A stretch of DNA of 64,000 nt, taken from NCBI RefSeq assembly GCF_947568905.1, contig NC_079172.1, positions 4,526,001 to 4,590,000 of the forward strand. Reading direction: 5' to 3'. The position numbers and the translations under genes are program-made. This document shows positions 25,430-39,680 of the stretch, piece by piece. Below the pieces are notes generated by a model. That model saw only the letters and a program-made list of their open reading frames with translations. It was not told the origin of the DNA and searched no databases. The number at the start of each line of letters is the position of its first letter. The first letter of the stretch is position 1. This stretch comes from Ostrea edulis. Lineage: Eukaryota.

Positions 25430-28400
25430 GGATCTACAAATCATCGTAAATGTAGACATGTGGAGGGTTATATAGAGTCTATGCTCACTCCAACAATCAT
25501 TCGTAGAATTTCATTTTAAAAGAATAGGGTGGGTTTTGTTTGGGGGTATTGCTGTTTTTGTGGTGTGTTTTTTTCTTCTTCAGAAAAACAGGTTTATTAT
25601 TCATTTGTTTGCCCCCTGCTGGGATGTTAAATTTCGTTAACAATGAGCTCAGAATGAAATCTTGGGCAATTTTCGTGGAGTACAGTGAAAACTTTGGGGG
25701 TTTTATTTTTAAGAAAACAATATTCATCAGGGTTACCCATACCCTATGGCAATATACTAGATGATAAATATTAAGAGTGAATATTGTTCATGGAGTATTT
25801 GATGAATTTCAGAGTATGACATTAATTTATCTTTAATCAAGTGGATAGCGTTTCTGTCTCGCACACTAAGACATCTAATACTCTCCTGTACAGTATGTCA
25901 TATGTGATATACAACGGGAACGGGTACCTTTGGGAAAATATTGGGACAGACCAAAGATGTTGTCCAGGTTGTTTTTTAAATCAAATAATTATTACCTGAA
26001 GTTGAAAATGAACAAAGTGTTTTTGTTTACTCTACCTGACCGACTGAGATCAATTTTCCTGACTCCATAAGATTTTTCGCGCCATTTTTATTTCGATTTA
26101 GCTAAATTGATTTTACCCAAAATTTTGTAGACATCCGTATTTACGACAAGTTTTTTTCGTTGATTAGAGCCCGTTTGGGGTAACCAGTGAATGTCATTTC
26201 ACTTGAAGAAATAAAAATGTTGCCCACATATCTACTCAGATTTTTAAAACAAAGTCGGGATCACTTCTAAAGTATATCGGTGACCAAATGACACAACCTA
26301 TATATAGTCTTAAGCAACCTTTTGTGCCAAGTATGAATGTTAAATATCACCCCTTTACAAAATTATGACGTCACATGGGGCAAATATTTCTAACTTCTCA
26401 CCGTCTACGATTACCTTGACGACATTACAATGATATGTATCTTTATCTAAGGCCGTGATCTATGGAATGGTCATCAAGAACAATTGTGCTAAGCATGATT
26501 TTTAGTGTCCTCCTATTATGTCCAGAGAAATACTGTCTGGCCAATCTGTGTGCCAGATATAAGGTTTTAATGCATCTCTTTTGCAAAATTGTGTCAAGAC
26601 AATTATTTCTAACTTTTTTGCAACAATTGGTTCGGGTCGTGATACGCCGTCTGGACCTCAGCAACTAATTGTCGAATATGATGATAAACGTTAAAATCCG
26701 CCTGTCCAACAAATTCAGTAGTGTAGTGGCAATCAACTAAACGATTAACATCCTAATAAAACATTCAAACTGCCTCATACAGTGTTCTCTAGACATTTTT
26801 TTTTCTAATATCGGAGAGTATTGATAAAATGTTTGAAAATACTTCAAGGTATGAAATACTACGCTTGACGCCAGCATACTTTCTATGAAGTAGATCTTAT
26901 ACACCTGTGTATGTTGCCTGATGTGTATCAAGTTTGATTATGCTAGCCTTATTAGTAGTTTCTCTCTTGTTCTGTGACTACAAAATTACTCTTGTAAGAG
27001 ATACATGCATGATCTTGAAAAATATTATATTGAATATCAAGTTTGTTGATCCTAGTCTCAAAAGTATTGTTCTTATCTGAGCCACAAAGTACGAACAGAC
27101 GCACTGCGCCATACCATAATATGACCAGTCTATGACGGACGTTAATTCCTTCACCGTAGCCTTTTTTGTCATTACATGCAGCCATCATTCTGTAGTCATA
27201 ATGAATAAATTTCAAAAGTATTGCAAATTGTTTTGAAATTCACTGAGGTATTTAAAATAATTCACTAAATATGATGTAAAATGTATATACATGTATATAT
27301 TAGATGTTACTTTTGCTATTCGTTTTACAATGCAAAGAATAAAACACCAAAGAAATGTTCTTGCTATTTATAAATCAACGCCAGCCAGACAAACTGTGTT
27401 CACAAAAAATCGACAGTTTTCATTGATTGCCACGACAAGATATAAAATTCCTAATTATTTGTTTGTAAGACGACCTGATGCTCGCATTAACAGCAAGGAG
27501 ACCGGCAGTTATTTTCTGTTTGGAAGAGTTTAGCGACCATTGTTTAGCTACCTAATTAACTGTTATTACAAAACATTGAATTTCGGGGGAGGGGGAAACT
27601 ATGTCGCCTTAGTCGTGGAGATCTAGTACTGACTCAAAAGTACAACAACAAAAAATCTGGATCCTTTGTAGAACTGTTATTCTGAGATTATTGCTTTTTT
27701 CTTTCTCCTCCAAATTATATACCTATGTTAACAAAAATAACGCTCCATTACAATGTGACATATTCCCGCATTACCTTGACCTGCGACCTTTGAACTCCTA
27801 ATCTAAGATTTGGGTAAGATGACATCCAAGCAAAAGTCATCGGATACAATACAGGGGGAACATTTCGTTTATAGAATTTCGGATTTCTTCTCTCGTGGTC
27901 TCGACGTGTTACATTTAAACTCGAAAATGATTAGGATTCCTAGTTTAACCGCAATGTTGCTACTCGGGAGTAAAGGAGCATTTGAAATTTGCGGATTACC
28001 ACAGAGATTGAGCCTTTAATTTTCAAAAGGTTCGGGGTGCTGTACTTGAAATGAGTCTCTCCCATAATCAGACGGTATGGTACAAGTCACTTGGGCGAAC
28101 TTCGTTAAAAAATAATTTCGTTGAAAACAAATTGAAAGTCAAACTTACAGTAATTACATGGCTGCTTCTTTAAAATTAATTGCGAAAACATGAATGCAAT
28201 GGCAGAATATTTCTGTGATATTTAGTACACAAAGGTTACGCATGTCTTCAGTTTCTGCATTTGTAATAGTTAACGAGAAAGTGTGCATGTTGATAAACAT
28301 TTAGCTCAGACCGTTGTGTCAGCGTTGAGTCGTCTCGATTTCAATTAAATTTAGTCTCTTAAAGTTATCATTTGAAACACTAGACACTGTTATTACTGAA

Positions 28401-31400
28401 TGTGAGGTAACCACTTTAATTGGGAGTCCTGAGTTAGAATGAATTATTGAGATAACAAACTAGGGGAAAGTTGACATAGCTCGGCGGCGGCATGAAATAT
28501 TTGAGAAGTATTTGAAATAGAATCATCGCAATTAATAAGATTTAAGTTCTGTGGGGGCAAAAAGACGCATCTTAGGAACAATTTGAGAGTTTAAAGTAAT
28601 GTCGATCCCTTGTAAATATATGCTAGTGAAATTTGGCGACCAGAGAGCACTATGCAAATATAAAAATGTACCGGTATTTATTAAAGACATTTTAACACAA
28701 ATAAACAAAACATACGTGTTTTTCTGCCATAAAAAGAAATGTAAAAGGCGTTAAGGTTGCCCACTTAAGAAGTATTCAATTTCATGAATATATTTTCTTT
28801 AGGAGTCAACTGGAGGGGGAAGAAAATGTCTAGAAACAGAAAGTTTTTTTCTGTAAAGTTAAACCAAGGTAGTAAATCTCGTTCTGGATTTCATCTTTTT
28901 AAGAAATCTTGTTTGGTCACTAGAATTTAAGGATGGACATACGTGGCGCTAAGATTCACGGGAGGTAGTGACAGTGTCTCCACTACTAGCGGTGTGACGA
29001 TCGTAAAACCCAGTTCGAGCTCATGCGCCAAGCTTCAAAGTTTGACGTTATGACCGAACTTAACTCTCTCCCCGTCTTGGTGCTGATTTACGAGAAATGG
29101 ACGTCGCCATTACAAATTGGTCAAGACATGGGACCACCAATCAGGTTTAATATTTTTCAATAAGAAGGTCTGTAATTTCTTTAATTGTAAAAAGTGAAGC
29201 GGTCATTTACTTGCAGCCGTGTGATTATCACAGTCGGAGCCTGAGGAAAAGCCTGTGATTTACCCTCATCCGGTTTCACTCGATACTGCGAGATCGCCTT
29301 TCTACTCTGTCTGAATTAAACGTTTGTTATTACATATAGCTTTAAATTAGCAAAGAGGCCGTAATTAACCCATGACATTAAACAACATGGCGAATGGCTG
29401 GCGGGGTGAAATACTTTAAAGAAAAGATCATCTTCTATAGCGGAGAGCGTCTCTTTTTCCTTCTGTCAGTGAATACCATTAGACGTTTATAACTCTGCTG
29501 ATGACGTCATGACATATAATCTGTCTGGGCAGAGGTGTCCTACGCAAAAAATCTTAAACAGTTTTAAAACATCGTATCATTAACAGAACAAAAGCCGATG
29601 GCAAAAGCACAAATTACCCAGACTGGGTATATTTTTATCTACATATCTTATTCCAATGCTGGGATATTTTTTAACAAATATATGGATAACTTTACCAGAT
29701 GAAAAACAACGTAGTCAGCATGAAATTTCAAATTGTTGGCGTTGTCGGAATGCCCTCTTTGGTCAGTGTGAGTTTTATTACAAAGGAATGTGTAAATGAA
29801 TTCATTAGTTATTCCTTTCGCTAATACATCACGGATCACAAGTAACATTTTAATCCTGTAATCACGGGTTACCAAGTAAAATGAAAGTTAATACTGCTCT
29901 CTTCACAGCTGATAAAAGCAAATATATTTCAAATTAGTTGTAGATCTTCCTTAGCCATCAATGAAAAGTTTGCCAAGGCTTACTGTAATGTATGCTATGT
30001 CCCCTACCATTTTGATAATTATATGAATTAATTTCTAGTGAGAATACTTTATAAATAACACGCCAAAGTCAAGTGGTGTCTAGAAGAGGAGTCTTGCAAA
30101 TATTTCGTTTATTTTGATACTTGCTTTGGCTCCCAAACGAGATATAAATATGAAATTCCGTGTTATTTTAGAACTACCGATCGCAGTTCCATATTGCCCA
30201 AGTTGTTTACCATGCATTAGTCTGCGCCAAAAAGCAGGATGAAAATATCTAATATATTCTTATTTATTTTTAATCTTCCGGAAATATTTAAGTGATTAAG
30301 CAACAGATTTTTTAATATTTATCATCTCGGAATAATTTTAAAACCCTCACGCAAATTCTTAAACATTTTAAAGGAAGGTGCAAAGAATTGCGGCAGAAAC
30401 ATGTAATGTTAGAGGAATTCCATTTATTGGGGAAATTTTGTTTATCTGACAATTGCATTTTGTATGTAACAAAACTTGCTTTTAAAGGTTATGACAAATT
30501 AAGCAGAACTTTGTAAACATTAACTTGAATTACACATAATGTCATGTTAAATAAACGTTACGGCATCGATCAATATTTTGCTTCTTTTTTGTTCATTGAT
30601 TTTTAAATTCTACCTTTCTTTGGAAGAAAAAAAACCCCGAAAAATTAGGGGGAAAAATAAATGTTCGTGTTGAAAAATGCCAAATTGATCTAAGTTGAAT
30701 GAGATCAAAAATGAAGGTTTCGATTTGTTAACGTGTTTATTTGGGGGTAATTATATTTTTTATCTCTATAAAATCTGAGTAAATATTTTACGTCCAGGTG
30801 TTTGTCGTTAAGAGTAAGACCCCTGATGTCATTAATCATAATAAGGTACCATTGATAAAACCCCAAAGAGTTTACGTATAAAACTTTAACATTGTTAAAC
30901 TATTTTGTTATGATTAATGTATCACTGGGATTTCTGGAGATTTCAGCACACGGCATATTTCACAAACACTTTAGAATGATACATATATTACAACGTCCGA
31001 AAAGAAAAAGAAACATTTCTGAAGGTAGATAACACGATCAAAATAATCACGAATGAAACTATAATAATGTTGTGGCGGTGGAACTTTGAAATTCTGACTC
31101 ATGTAACAAAAAGTTGTTAATTTAGTGTAAACTCATTGGAAAATTTCTTTAGTAAAGCAAGACTCATTCACACAATCTATAGAACTTTCTAACCACAGAG
31201 TTTTATCAAGACAAATGTAAAGTACATCCATTCGAAAAATTTGTGACATGTTAGATTCAGCGCTCTGTACCTTGGAAATCTCTTCCCGAAATTGTACTTA
31301 AGAATCTTACGAATCAAGCTCAAACAAGTAGATATCACATTTAGAAACTGTACTGAAGAAGACCAAGGAATCGAGTACATAGTGAAGTATGGGATACGTC

Positions 31401-34400
31401 CTGGGATAGCACCAAGAATTGAAGAAGAAGAAATGCACTAAAAAGTCCGTAAAAGTACCTTGGTGTTTAGACTTTTAACGCAGAAATAAAATATATTCTA
31501 AAAGAAAAAAATAGATGCATTTTCAAATTGCAACATCAAGGCATTCCTTAAAATACATATAAAAGCTATACATACACGAAAGCAATAAAATTCGTTTCAT
31601 ATATTTTTTTTATTTAAAGATACCAGCACAACTGTCTGTCTATCATTAACTCATTATATCTTTAAAAACATCATCTTCATGCGGTTAAAGCATGTTAATA
31701 AAGCATCATTCTCGATCTTTTTACAGTACTTAAGCTATTTTAATCATGAATGAAAATCCTACAACCCAAACCGGTGCGGTTCTGATTGATTGCATTTCAC
31801 ACAGCTCCGACGATACATTATGTTATGACACATATCAGTTTGCCCAAAAAAGTCCGAATCGTGGTAACACTTTTGTAAAATTGGAAAAATCAGTAAACTT
31901 CTATAGATTACCTCGTGATCGTTTTATTAACCTTTCAACCAAAAGGTTCGGGATCGGTATCCTAAGCTTGTGAGTAATTTTCAACCGCAATTGTAATGGC
32001 ATATCAATGAACAATACAGGGCCAGCCCCCTCTAAATCTGGCACTTTGATGTTATATCAATCCTAATAGGGCAATTAGGATTTTTGCATTTATCAAAGTG
32101 GATTCATTTTTATCAGTTTCTTTTCTGCACAATTTATCTATATTGTGATGTACATGTAGTAACATATCTAAGTAACGATTTAGTAACTGAATTAGGAGCA
32201 GATTTTTTTTAGTGCGGGTAGTATTTTTTGGGGGAGAGGGGGTAATAATCTTTTGAAACCAGAGTTCAGAGTTGATGTTTCTGCGTTTGGTCATGATATG
32301 TACATGTGCATCCTTTGGCACCCCCCCCCCCCCTCCTCAGTTACGCTGCTTTAACACTGTTTAAGTGAAGAAAAAAAATGAGAATCTGGACTATTTGTGT
32401 TTTTGCCTATATTCTTTCTACACTTGTGCATTTATTAATTTGAGAATCATCGCCTAGAAGGAAGTAGTAAGAAATGTTATGTTTAACGAACTCTTTCCAC
32501 GTGTCTATGAATATGTTTTATGACAATCGTTATCAATTAATCATCTCGTAAGTTGTAAGAACTTGTGTTCAAACCTGTTGTATATTACATAGGCAATAAA
32601 ATATGTTCACATCAGAAGGAAGTATATAGGTCGTGTGATTTTTTTTATCATTGGTATAAAATAAATACCATATTCTGTGACTAGAGCACAGAGAATATGA
32701 AGCTTGTAAAACAGCGGAGGAAAATATATGTATATATACAGAATACACTGTGTATTAAGAACAAAACAATTAACAACAAGAGGACATAAAAAAAAAACAA
32801 CAGTCTGGGAAGGGGCAGCAAACTCGAAGGGGGCGGGGGGCGGGGGGGGCAGCGAACTGCTTGGTTGCTAAACGCAGGTTTAGGTCTGCAACCCGAAATT
32901 AAAAAGAAAAGACGTTCATCAGAGTTTTCATTGAAATAAAAAAAGAAACCCTATACGTCGATTTTTTTCGGAGGAAATGAACACGGATTGAATCCGATGA
33001 TTCTTATCAATTTGAACTCTAAATGATCTGAAGGTTTGAAATAAATAATGAAGTGGGAGCCAATAAAATGAAAACAACAAAACAACGCTCCGTGTTATGT
33101 TTACTTAATTTTATCAATATTCTTAATTTTGTTCTCAAACACCTGCATGAATGAACCAAAAATTAATTTTAATCCAATACACAAGAAATGAAATTATTTA
33201 CATGTATAGAGGTCTCAACGTCTCCCGCGCAAGCGTGGGTAGTAATGTTTGATTTGAACTTCAATCATATTGAAAGCAAAGTCATGGCAAGGGCTGCCCA
33301 TACTGACTTTTTCATCTATACAACAGCAATAGTGTACAGAGAACGCGGAAATAAGCACATGGAATCTTTAAAAAAAATGTGCTTGGTAATTTTATTTATT
33401 TCAATAGTCCTTTACTTAGGCTATCAATCTTTTTGCAGAAATTCTCCAATTGGCACGGGGTCGTGACGTCATCAGCATGCACACTCCTCCATCATTCAGA
33501 GCTACTTCTACATAACTCAGGTGCTGCAGATAGCACACAAGTGCACGTATCAATCAGCGGAAATCAACAAGTACTTTGTATTCCGCATATGAGTGGAATT
33601 TGTTCTTGACACGACGAACGAAAATTCGAGCTTTCGACAGACAAACTCATACATATTCTTACAAACTGAGTGAAATGATCATGAGTGATTAATCATATTT
33701 TGAATGTAAGAGTTTTAACCTGTTTGTCGGTAAGAACTGCGTTTTAATATCATTTAATGAAACACTATAAAGCATCTGGTATGGTGACACCTTTTCCTCT
33801 CAAAACTTTAATCGATACATCTTCCTAAAATGAATCATTTTATAACATTTCTCTCGTTTATAAAGGTTAATAAAGTTATACATCAAAATGCAACACACGG
33901 AGAAGTTTTTATTCTAAATGAAAATTTAATAACGTTTGTTAAAAGATTTAAGATGACTTATCTGGGAAAAAATGTACAATTAACAAAATCAAGAAACTGT
34001 TGGAAATTGATGAATAAATGCATATTTGAGTAAATCCAAATAAAGATTCTGATATTTTGCTATTCAAAATAAATCAAAGAATCGAATTGGAAAAGCTGAC
34101 ACAAGATGCAGCCCGAGAACTTTCACTTGCCATGAAGCACACACACATACACACGCGCGCGCGCGCGTTTCCAGCGCAACAGACCCAATTCGAAAATATG
34201 ACAGGAGTGAGGTGTTAACTTTATTTTATACTTGTATGTTGCATGTGACAGTGCGAACATTTGTTGTACTGTGCATAGTGTAAGTAGTGCATCAGACATG
34301 CTAGCTACAAGCAGATATGCGCAAGCACAACTTGTCTAGAATAACTACAGGCACTAATAACACACGTTAATTAATTAAGTGATAAATCCGAGAGGTACAT

Positions 34401-36337
34401 GTAATAAATGATATTGGTAATGGAACTGAGATACACGATATAACTGACGTCATATAGAAGTGTAAAGCCTCCCAGTCACGAAGCATTGGAGACTGTGTAA
34501 TATGAAGAAGTACCTCGCAATTATTGTCTCCATAGAATTTCTCTGATAAAAATTCACTATCTAAATGCACTCTCACAGAAGAAATAAGAAAGGTGGTTTC
34601 TATTAAAGCAATTTTAGTAACAACTTTTAATATGGCAGCGTTAATAACCAAAACTGGCTTAAGGTAGTCAATCCAAAGCGGGGGTTATTTCAAAAGGCAC
34701 TCAATATAAATTATAGCAAAGATTATTTCAACAAATTGTGATGTTGTGATAGAAATGTTTAATTCATATCAGATTTACTTTTAGTTTATTATAAACCATT
34801 TTCATGTTTAGGATTGTGAATTTTAGCACTTATATATTTTTTCGTAATATGCCGTTCACAAACAATCGAAGATACCCCCCCCCCCCCCCCCAAAAAAAAA
34901 AAAACCCAACAACAAACAACATAATTTTTGTGTTGTGACCTTCACATTTCGTATCAAATTTGATCATGCAACTTTTGACAGTGGCATTTTCTATATAATT
35001 CAGCTTTGTTTCCGAGATATCCGTAGTTATTTTTACCCCCATAGTCTTCAATGATAAAGCTATTTGAAGGGGATAGCTACAACGATAACAAAATCACGAG
35101 GTAAATTATCTTCATTTGTTAAAACTTTCTAATTAATATCAAGTATCTACATAATCACTGATCTATAATAAAATATAGTAGTTATAAATAGACAACCTTA
35201 ATTAAGTCATCATTGATTTTGGATAGGGGAAAATGTGGGACATATAAAGACACATATCTTGAATCTCAGCAATGTGAAAAATGTACCCATTCACCAATGA
35301 TAGACTCTTCTAATGCATTTCTTTTCAAACCAGGTACTTTCATAAACTGTAAATATTTGTAAGACAGGTGTGATAGCATCATGTTCTGTGAGATTTTGTG
35401 TTCTTAGTTTCAAACCCCTATAATTAACAACAAACTATCGCAGAAGTAATCAAACACACCATCCTCGAAGCATGAGTGTCTGTCTTTTAATTTTCGTTAA
35501 TAACAGATGAGAACATGCATTTCATGATTGCTGCATTTTGAAAAAAAAATAAAGCAAAACTAATGAGGGAGGTTTTTTTTTTTTTGAAAACTAAAACTCC
35601 TTTCATACAAGATTTTGTCCAATGGTCAAGGCTAAATCTAAATGGAAACACCGTGGACAGCCTTGAATCAGGAGTTCATAACACGATCTTGGAATTCGTA
35701 CTCTATACAATTATTGTGTTAATTAAGGTGCTGTCATTCGCTAGTTCATTGGCAAGTTGAATTCTAGTCAGTTCTTAACAGGTATCTCTGTGTAATCATT
35801 TTTCTATTAATTAATTAATCGATAGAAAGGTTGCTCATATTCATATTTTTACATTGAATAAGAGAAGTAACTAGATGCTGTCACAAGACACGCGAGTGCT
35901 TGCTTTTCTATATACTCTTCGTCATACTTGTGTAATTTGCTAAGAAGTCACAATAGTTACCATATAACAAACCCTATACTATATAAATTCTTGCTTACTG
36001 CATATACCAAGATGCATTAAGTATTTTTTATTACCGGTTTCAATGCAATAAACTAGATGCTGTCATTAGACACAGTAGTACCCTCATACAATTGTAATAT
36101 CCTCTCCGTCGCGATTATGTAACTAGGAATGAAGTCACAATAGTTACCATATAACATACCGTATATATTGCTGTATATGTCAAGGTGCATTGAGTATTCT
36201 AGTATTCTGTTGGACAAATGCTCTGGGGTAATCCCAAACCCTATTTCATAATCGTTGAAATATATTTAAAACAATTGAGGTATTGACCCCTAAACCATAT
36301 ATACTCCTGCTGCACATATCAAGATGCATTGAGTATT

Positions 36338-37399
36338 CAGGACCCATCTGCACGACGGTTAGTTAACTTTAACAGACTGTTAACTTTTCATTAACTTTTC
36401 ATTAACTCTTACATTTACATAGCGTTAACTAGACATTAACTCTTACATTTACATAACGTTAACTAGACGTTAACTCTTACATTTACATAGCGTTAACTAG
36501 ACGTTAACTCTTACATTTACATAGCGTTAACTAGACGTTAACTCTTACATTTACATAGCGTTAACTAGATGTTAACTCTTACATTTACATAGCGTTAACT
36601 AGACGTTAACTCTTACATTTACATAGCGTTAACTAGATGTTAACTCTTACATTTACATAGCATTAACTAGATGTTAACTCTTACATTTACATAGCGTTAA
36701 CTAGACGTTAACTCTTACATTTACATAGCGTTAACTAGATGTTAACTCTTACATTTACATAGCGTTAACTAGACGTTAACTCTTACATTTACATAGCGTT
36801 AACTAGATGTTAACTCTTACATTTACATAGCGTTAACTAGACATTAACTCTTACATTTACATAGCGTTAACTAGATGTTAACTCTTACATTTACATAGCG
36901 TTAACTAGATGTTAACTCTTACATTTACATAGCGTTAACTAGATGTTAACTCTTACATTTACATAGCATTAACTAGATGTTAACTCTTACATTTACATAG
37001 CGTTAACTAGACGTTAACTCTTACATTTACATAGCGTTAACTAGATGTTAACTCTTACATTTACATAGCGTTAACTAGATGTTAACTCTTACATTTACAT
37101 AGCGTTAACTAGACGTTAACTCTTACATTTACATAGCGTTAACTAGATGTTAACTCTTACATTTACATAGCGTTAACTAGACATTAACTCTTACATTTAC
37201 ATAGCGTTAACTAGACGTTAACTCTTACATTTACATAGCGTTAACTAGATGTTAACTCTTACATTTACATAGCGTTAACTAGATGTTAACTCTTACATTT
37301 ACATAGCGTTAACTAGACATTAACTCTTACATTTACATAGCGTTAGCTAGACATTAACTGTCAGATGAATTTAGCTCATCTTCGTGCAATGGGGCCCTG
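36338..37399. mobile_element. TIR-bounded non-autonomous element carrying an internal tandem array
   Basis: Left caggacccatctgcacgacggttagttaa versus reverse-complemented right end cagggccccattgcacgaagatgagctaa: 21/29 identical, with weaker similarity for about 17 bp more. Confidence 0.7.
36400..37359. repeat. 34 bp minisatellite, about 28 copies
   Basis: Unit gttaactcttacatttacatagcgttaactaga(c/t); two GTTAAC palindromes per unit. Confidence 0.98.
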
Positions 37400-39484
37400 A
37401 TCATGGTGGACCAAGTGTATTTGGGTCATCCAAACCCCCATCTTTTTTTTTGACTATTCAAATATTTTTGAAATAGTTGAAATTCCAACCCTTAAAGAAA
37501 ACATATTCTTGTTGCACATAACATAATGCACTGAGCACCAGGCCTGGAAGTTAAAAAACTTTTTGAGCACGTTTTCGAACACACTCTAAATCGTACTCAT
37601 ACTCAAAAATATATGTTATAAAATCATTCTCACACTCATATGGAGTACATGCTCAAAATTTTTAGAGTATGTTTCGAATTTTGCCCAGAGTTGTACTCAA
37701 AACAAACATGGTTGAGTTTGCATGATAACCTCCAGGTCAGGTTTTCTCTATAAAAGCTTCGTTTTGACCCCCAATGGCCCCCAGGGTGAAAATGAAAATT
37801 CTGAAACCTTATTGCACATCTATGGAACAGCACCAATTTCCTTCCAAAGGATGATTTGGCTATTGCGTGAAATGTAAGAGGAGTTTTTTTTTTACCCCTA
37901 TTTGGCTCCCAGGATGAAAATGAAAATTCCGAAAACTTATTGCACACCTATAGGACACCACCAATCATCTTCCAAAATATGCGCCTTAAATGTATGAGGA
38001 GTTCTGGGAACCAGAATTTTTGGGAGTTTATTTTAAAGAAAAAGGTCATAATTTTTTACCTCCATTTGGCCCCCACGGTAAAATTGAAATTTTTGAAACA
38101 TTATTGCACATCTACAAGATACCTATCATATTCCAAAATATCAATTGGTTACTCTTAAAATAAAAGAGAAGTTTGATGAAGAAGAAAGTGTGACGGACGG
38201 ACCAGGGTAACAACAATATATCTGAACTTTCTTTAGAAAGTGCGGGTATGATTATTTGTTGTATGCTAATAATTATATCTCAAAAAAGTTCAAAATCATT
38301 TTCTAAAAGTAAAACATCCCCACCCTATCATTTATTTTTTATCTTTGATCTTGTTTCGTTGAAAAACCGGTATACATCATCGATTTTACATCATCAATCA
38401 ATGCATGATTGAATATTATTGATTAATTCAATACAGTAACCACTAAACCTTGTTATGTCTCTGTGTGTTCATACCTAGGCCTCCGACAATCTTATAGGTA
38501 TATGTACATCACCAAACCCTTTATTTTTATACACATTAATCTTTCTTGAGTGAAGGAAGAAGGAATTGTTATTGTAACGGAAATAATGTGGGACAGACAA
38601 CTAATAGATCATAGGTAGCCACACAAGACGTTAATTACACGCAATATTATATAAATATTACATGTAAGTGAGGGTATCATTGAAAATTATCAACCCGTTA
38701 AAACCATTGTCGACCGAGGCTGACGTTGTTGTTGTTTTTTTTTCGAGGAAAGACAACTTCTAACGTTCTTCTCATTTGCATGCAATAGTTACTTTATTAT
38801 ACTAAATGTTATAAAGTATTACGGTTGACACATACATCTTATGCCAGGTGAAAATATTTCATAGAGAGTACATGATTTATCTTGTTATTTCGATGCAAGA
38901 CAAACATTAAGCAAAACGCACGTTTTCGATGGTGAACCGAAGGCGCTTGGATTCCCAGTAGTCAACATATTTTGTTGTATTGACCGTTACTACAATGCAC
39001 GTTCTGTTACGCTGGAGGGCGTAGTTTTGTTATCCAGATGGTGATAATATTTTGTATCAAATGTTTCTCAACCAATCAGAGTCAATTAATTAACATGGAA
39101 GTATAATATTAATGAAATATCAACGCTTCACACGGCGTTACTGATGCCTTCACTAAAACAGTATTCACATCGAACGTTAGCTGCTGGTACGCAGCATCGT
39201 TTTTCAAAGTAGGCAGTCGGAGAAGGCGACTTCAACATTGTCTGTAAATCACAAAGAAAAGGGGGGGGGAGTTGATACTCCAATACAGGGTTCAATTCAT
39301 AGGTTAATTCTTACATTACAACTACCATTCAATACCACTATCAAACAGAGGGCACTAGCTAATGAATCGAACTTTGCATGTTTGCATATAAAAATAACGG
39401 GGAAAGTACGTTGTCAAAAACCCTGTTGCTACAAGCCAGACCTACATCAAGCGGTATAAAAAGGTATACTTATGTCTACACCCC

Positions 39485-39680
39485 ACGTTAGTGACACCAC
39501 ATCTGCACACCACATTACTGATGCCACATCTGCACACCACATTACTGATGTCACATCTGCACACCACATTACTGATGTCACATCTGCACACCACATTACT
39601 GATGTCACATCTGCACACCACATTACTGATGTCACATCTGCACACCACATTACTGATGTCACATCTGCACACCACATTAC
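39485..39680. repeat. 27 bp minisatellite, left block (about 7 copies)
   Basis: Unit actgatgtcacatctgcacaccacatt. Confidence 0.96.

Larger units (their letters stand above)
35869..38253 (-). mobile_element. Degenerate Helitron/HINE-like non-autonomous element(s) hosting the 36338-37399 insertion
   Basis: Related ~180 bp internal units start aactagatgctgtca at 35869 and 36050. The right end has a gacggacgga microsatellite and an aactttctttagaaagt palindrome typical of HINE 5' ends. Boundaries are approximate. Confidence 0.45.

Noticed and set aside
33188-33466. ORF ending in a signal-anchor-like stretch (MESLKKMCLVILFISIVLYLGY)
   Set aside because: The hydrophobic run coincides with a T-rich tract before an acceptor, and a stop follows at once.
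36400-37359. CRISPR-like appearance of this and the other regular arrays
   Set aside because: Units are contiguous without unique spacers, there are no cas genes, and the context is eukaryotic.
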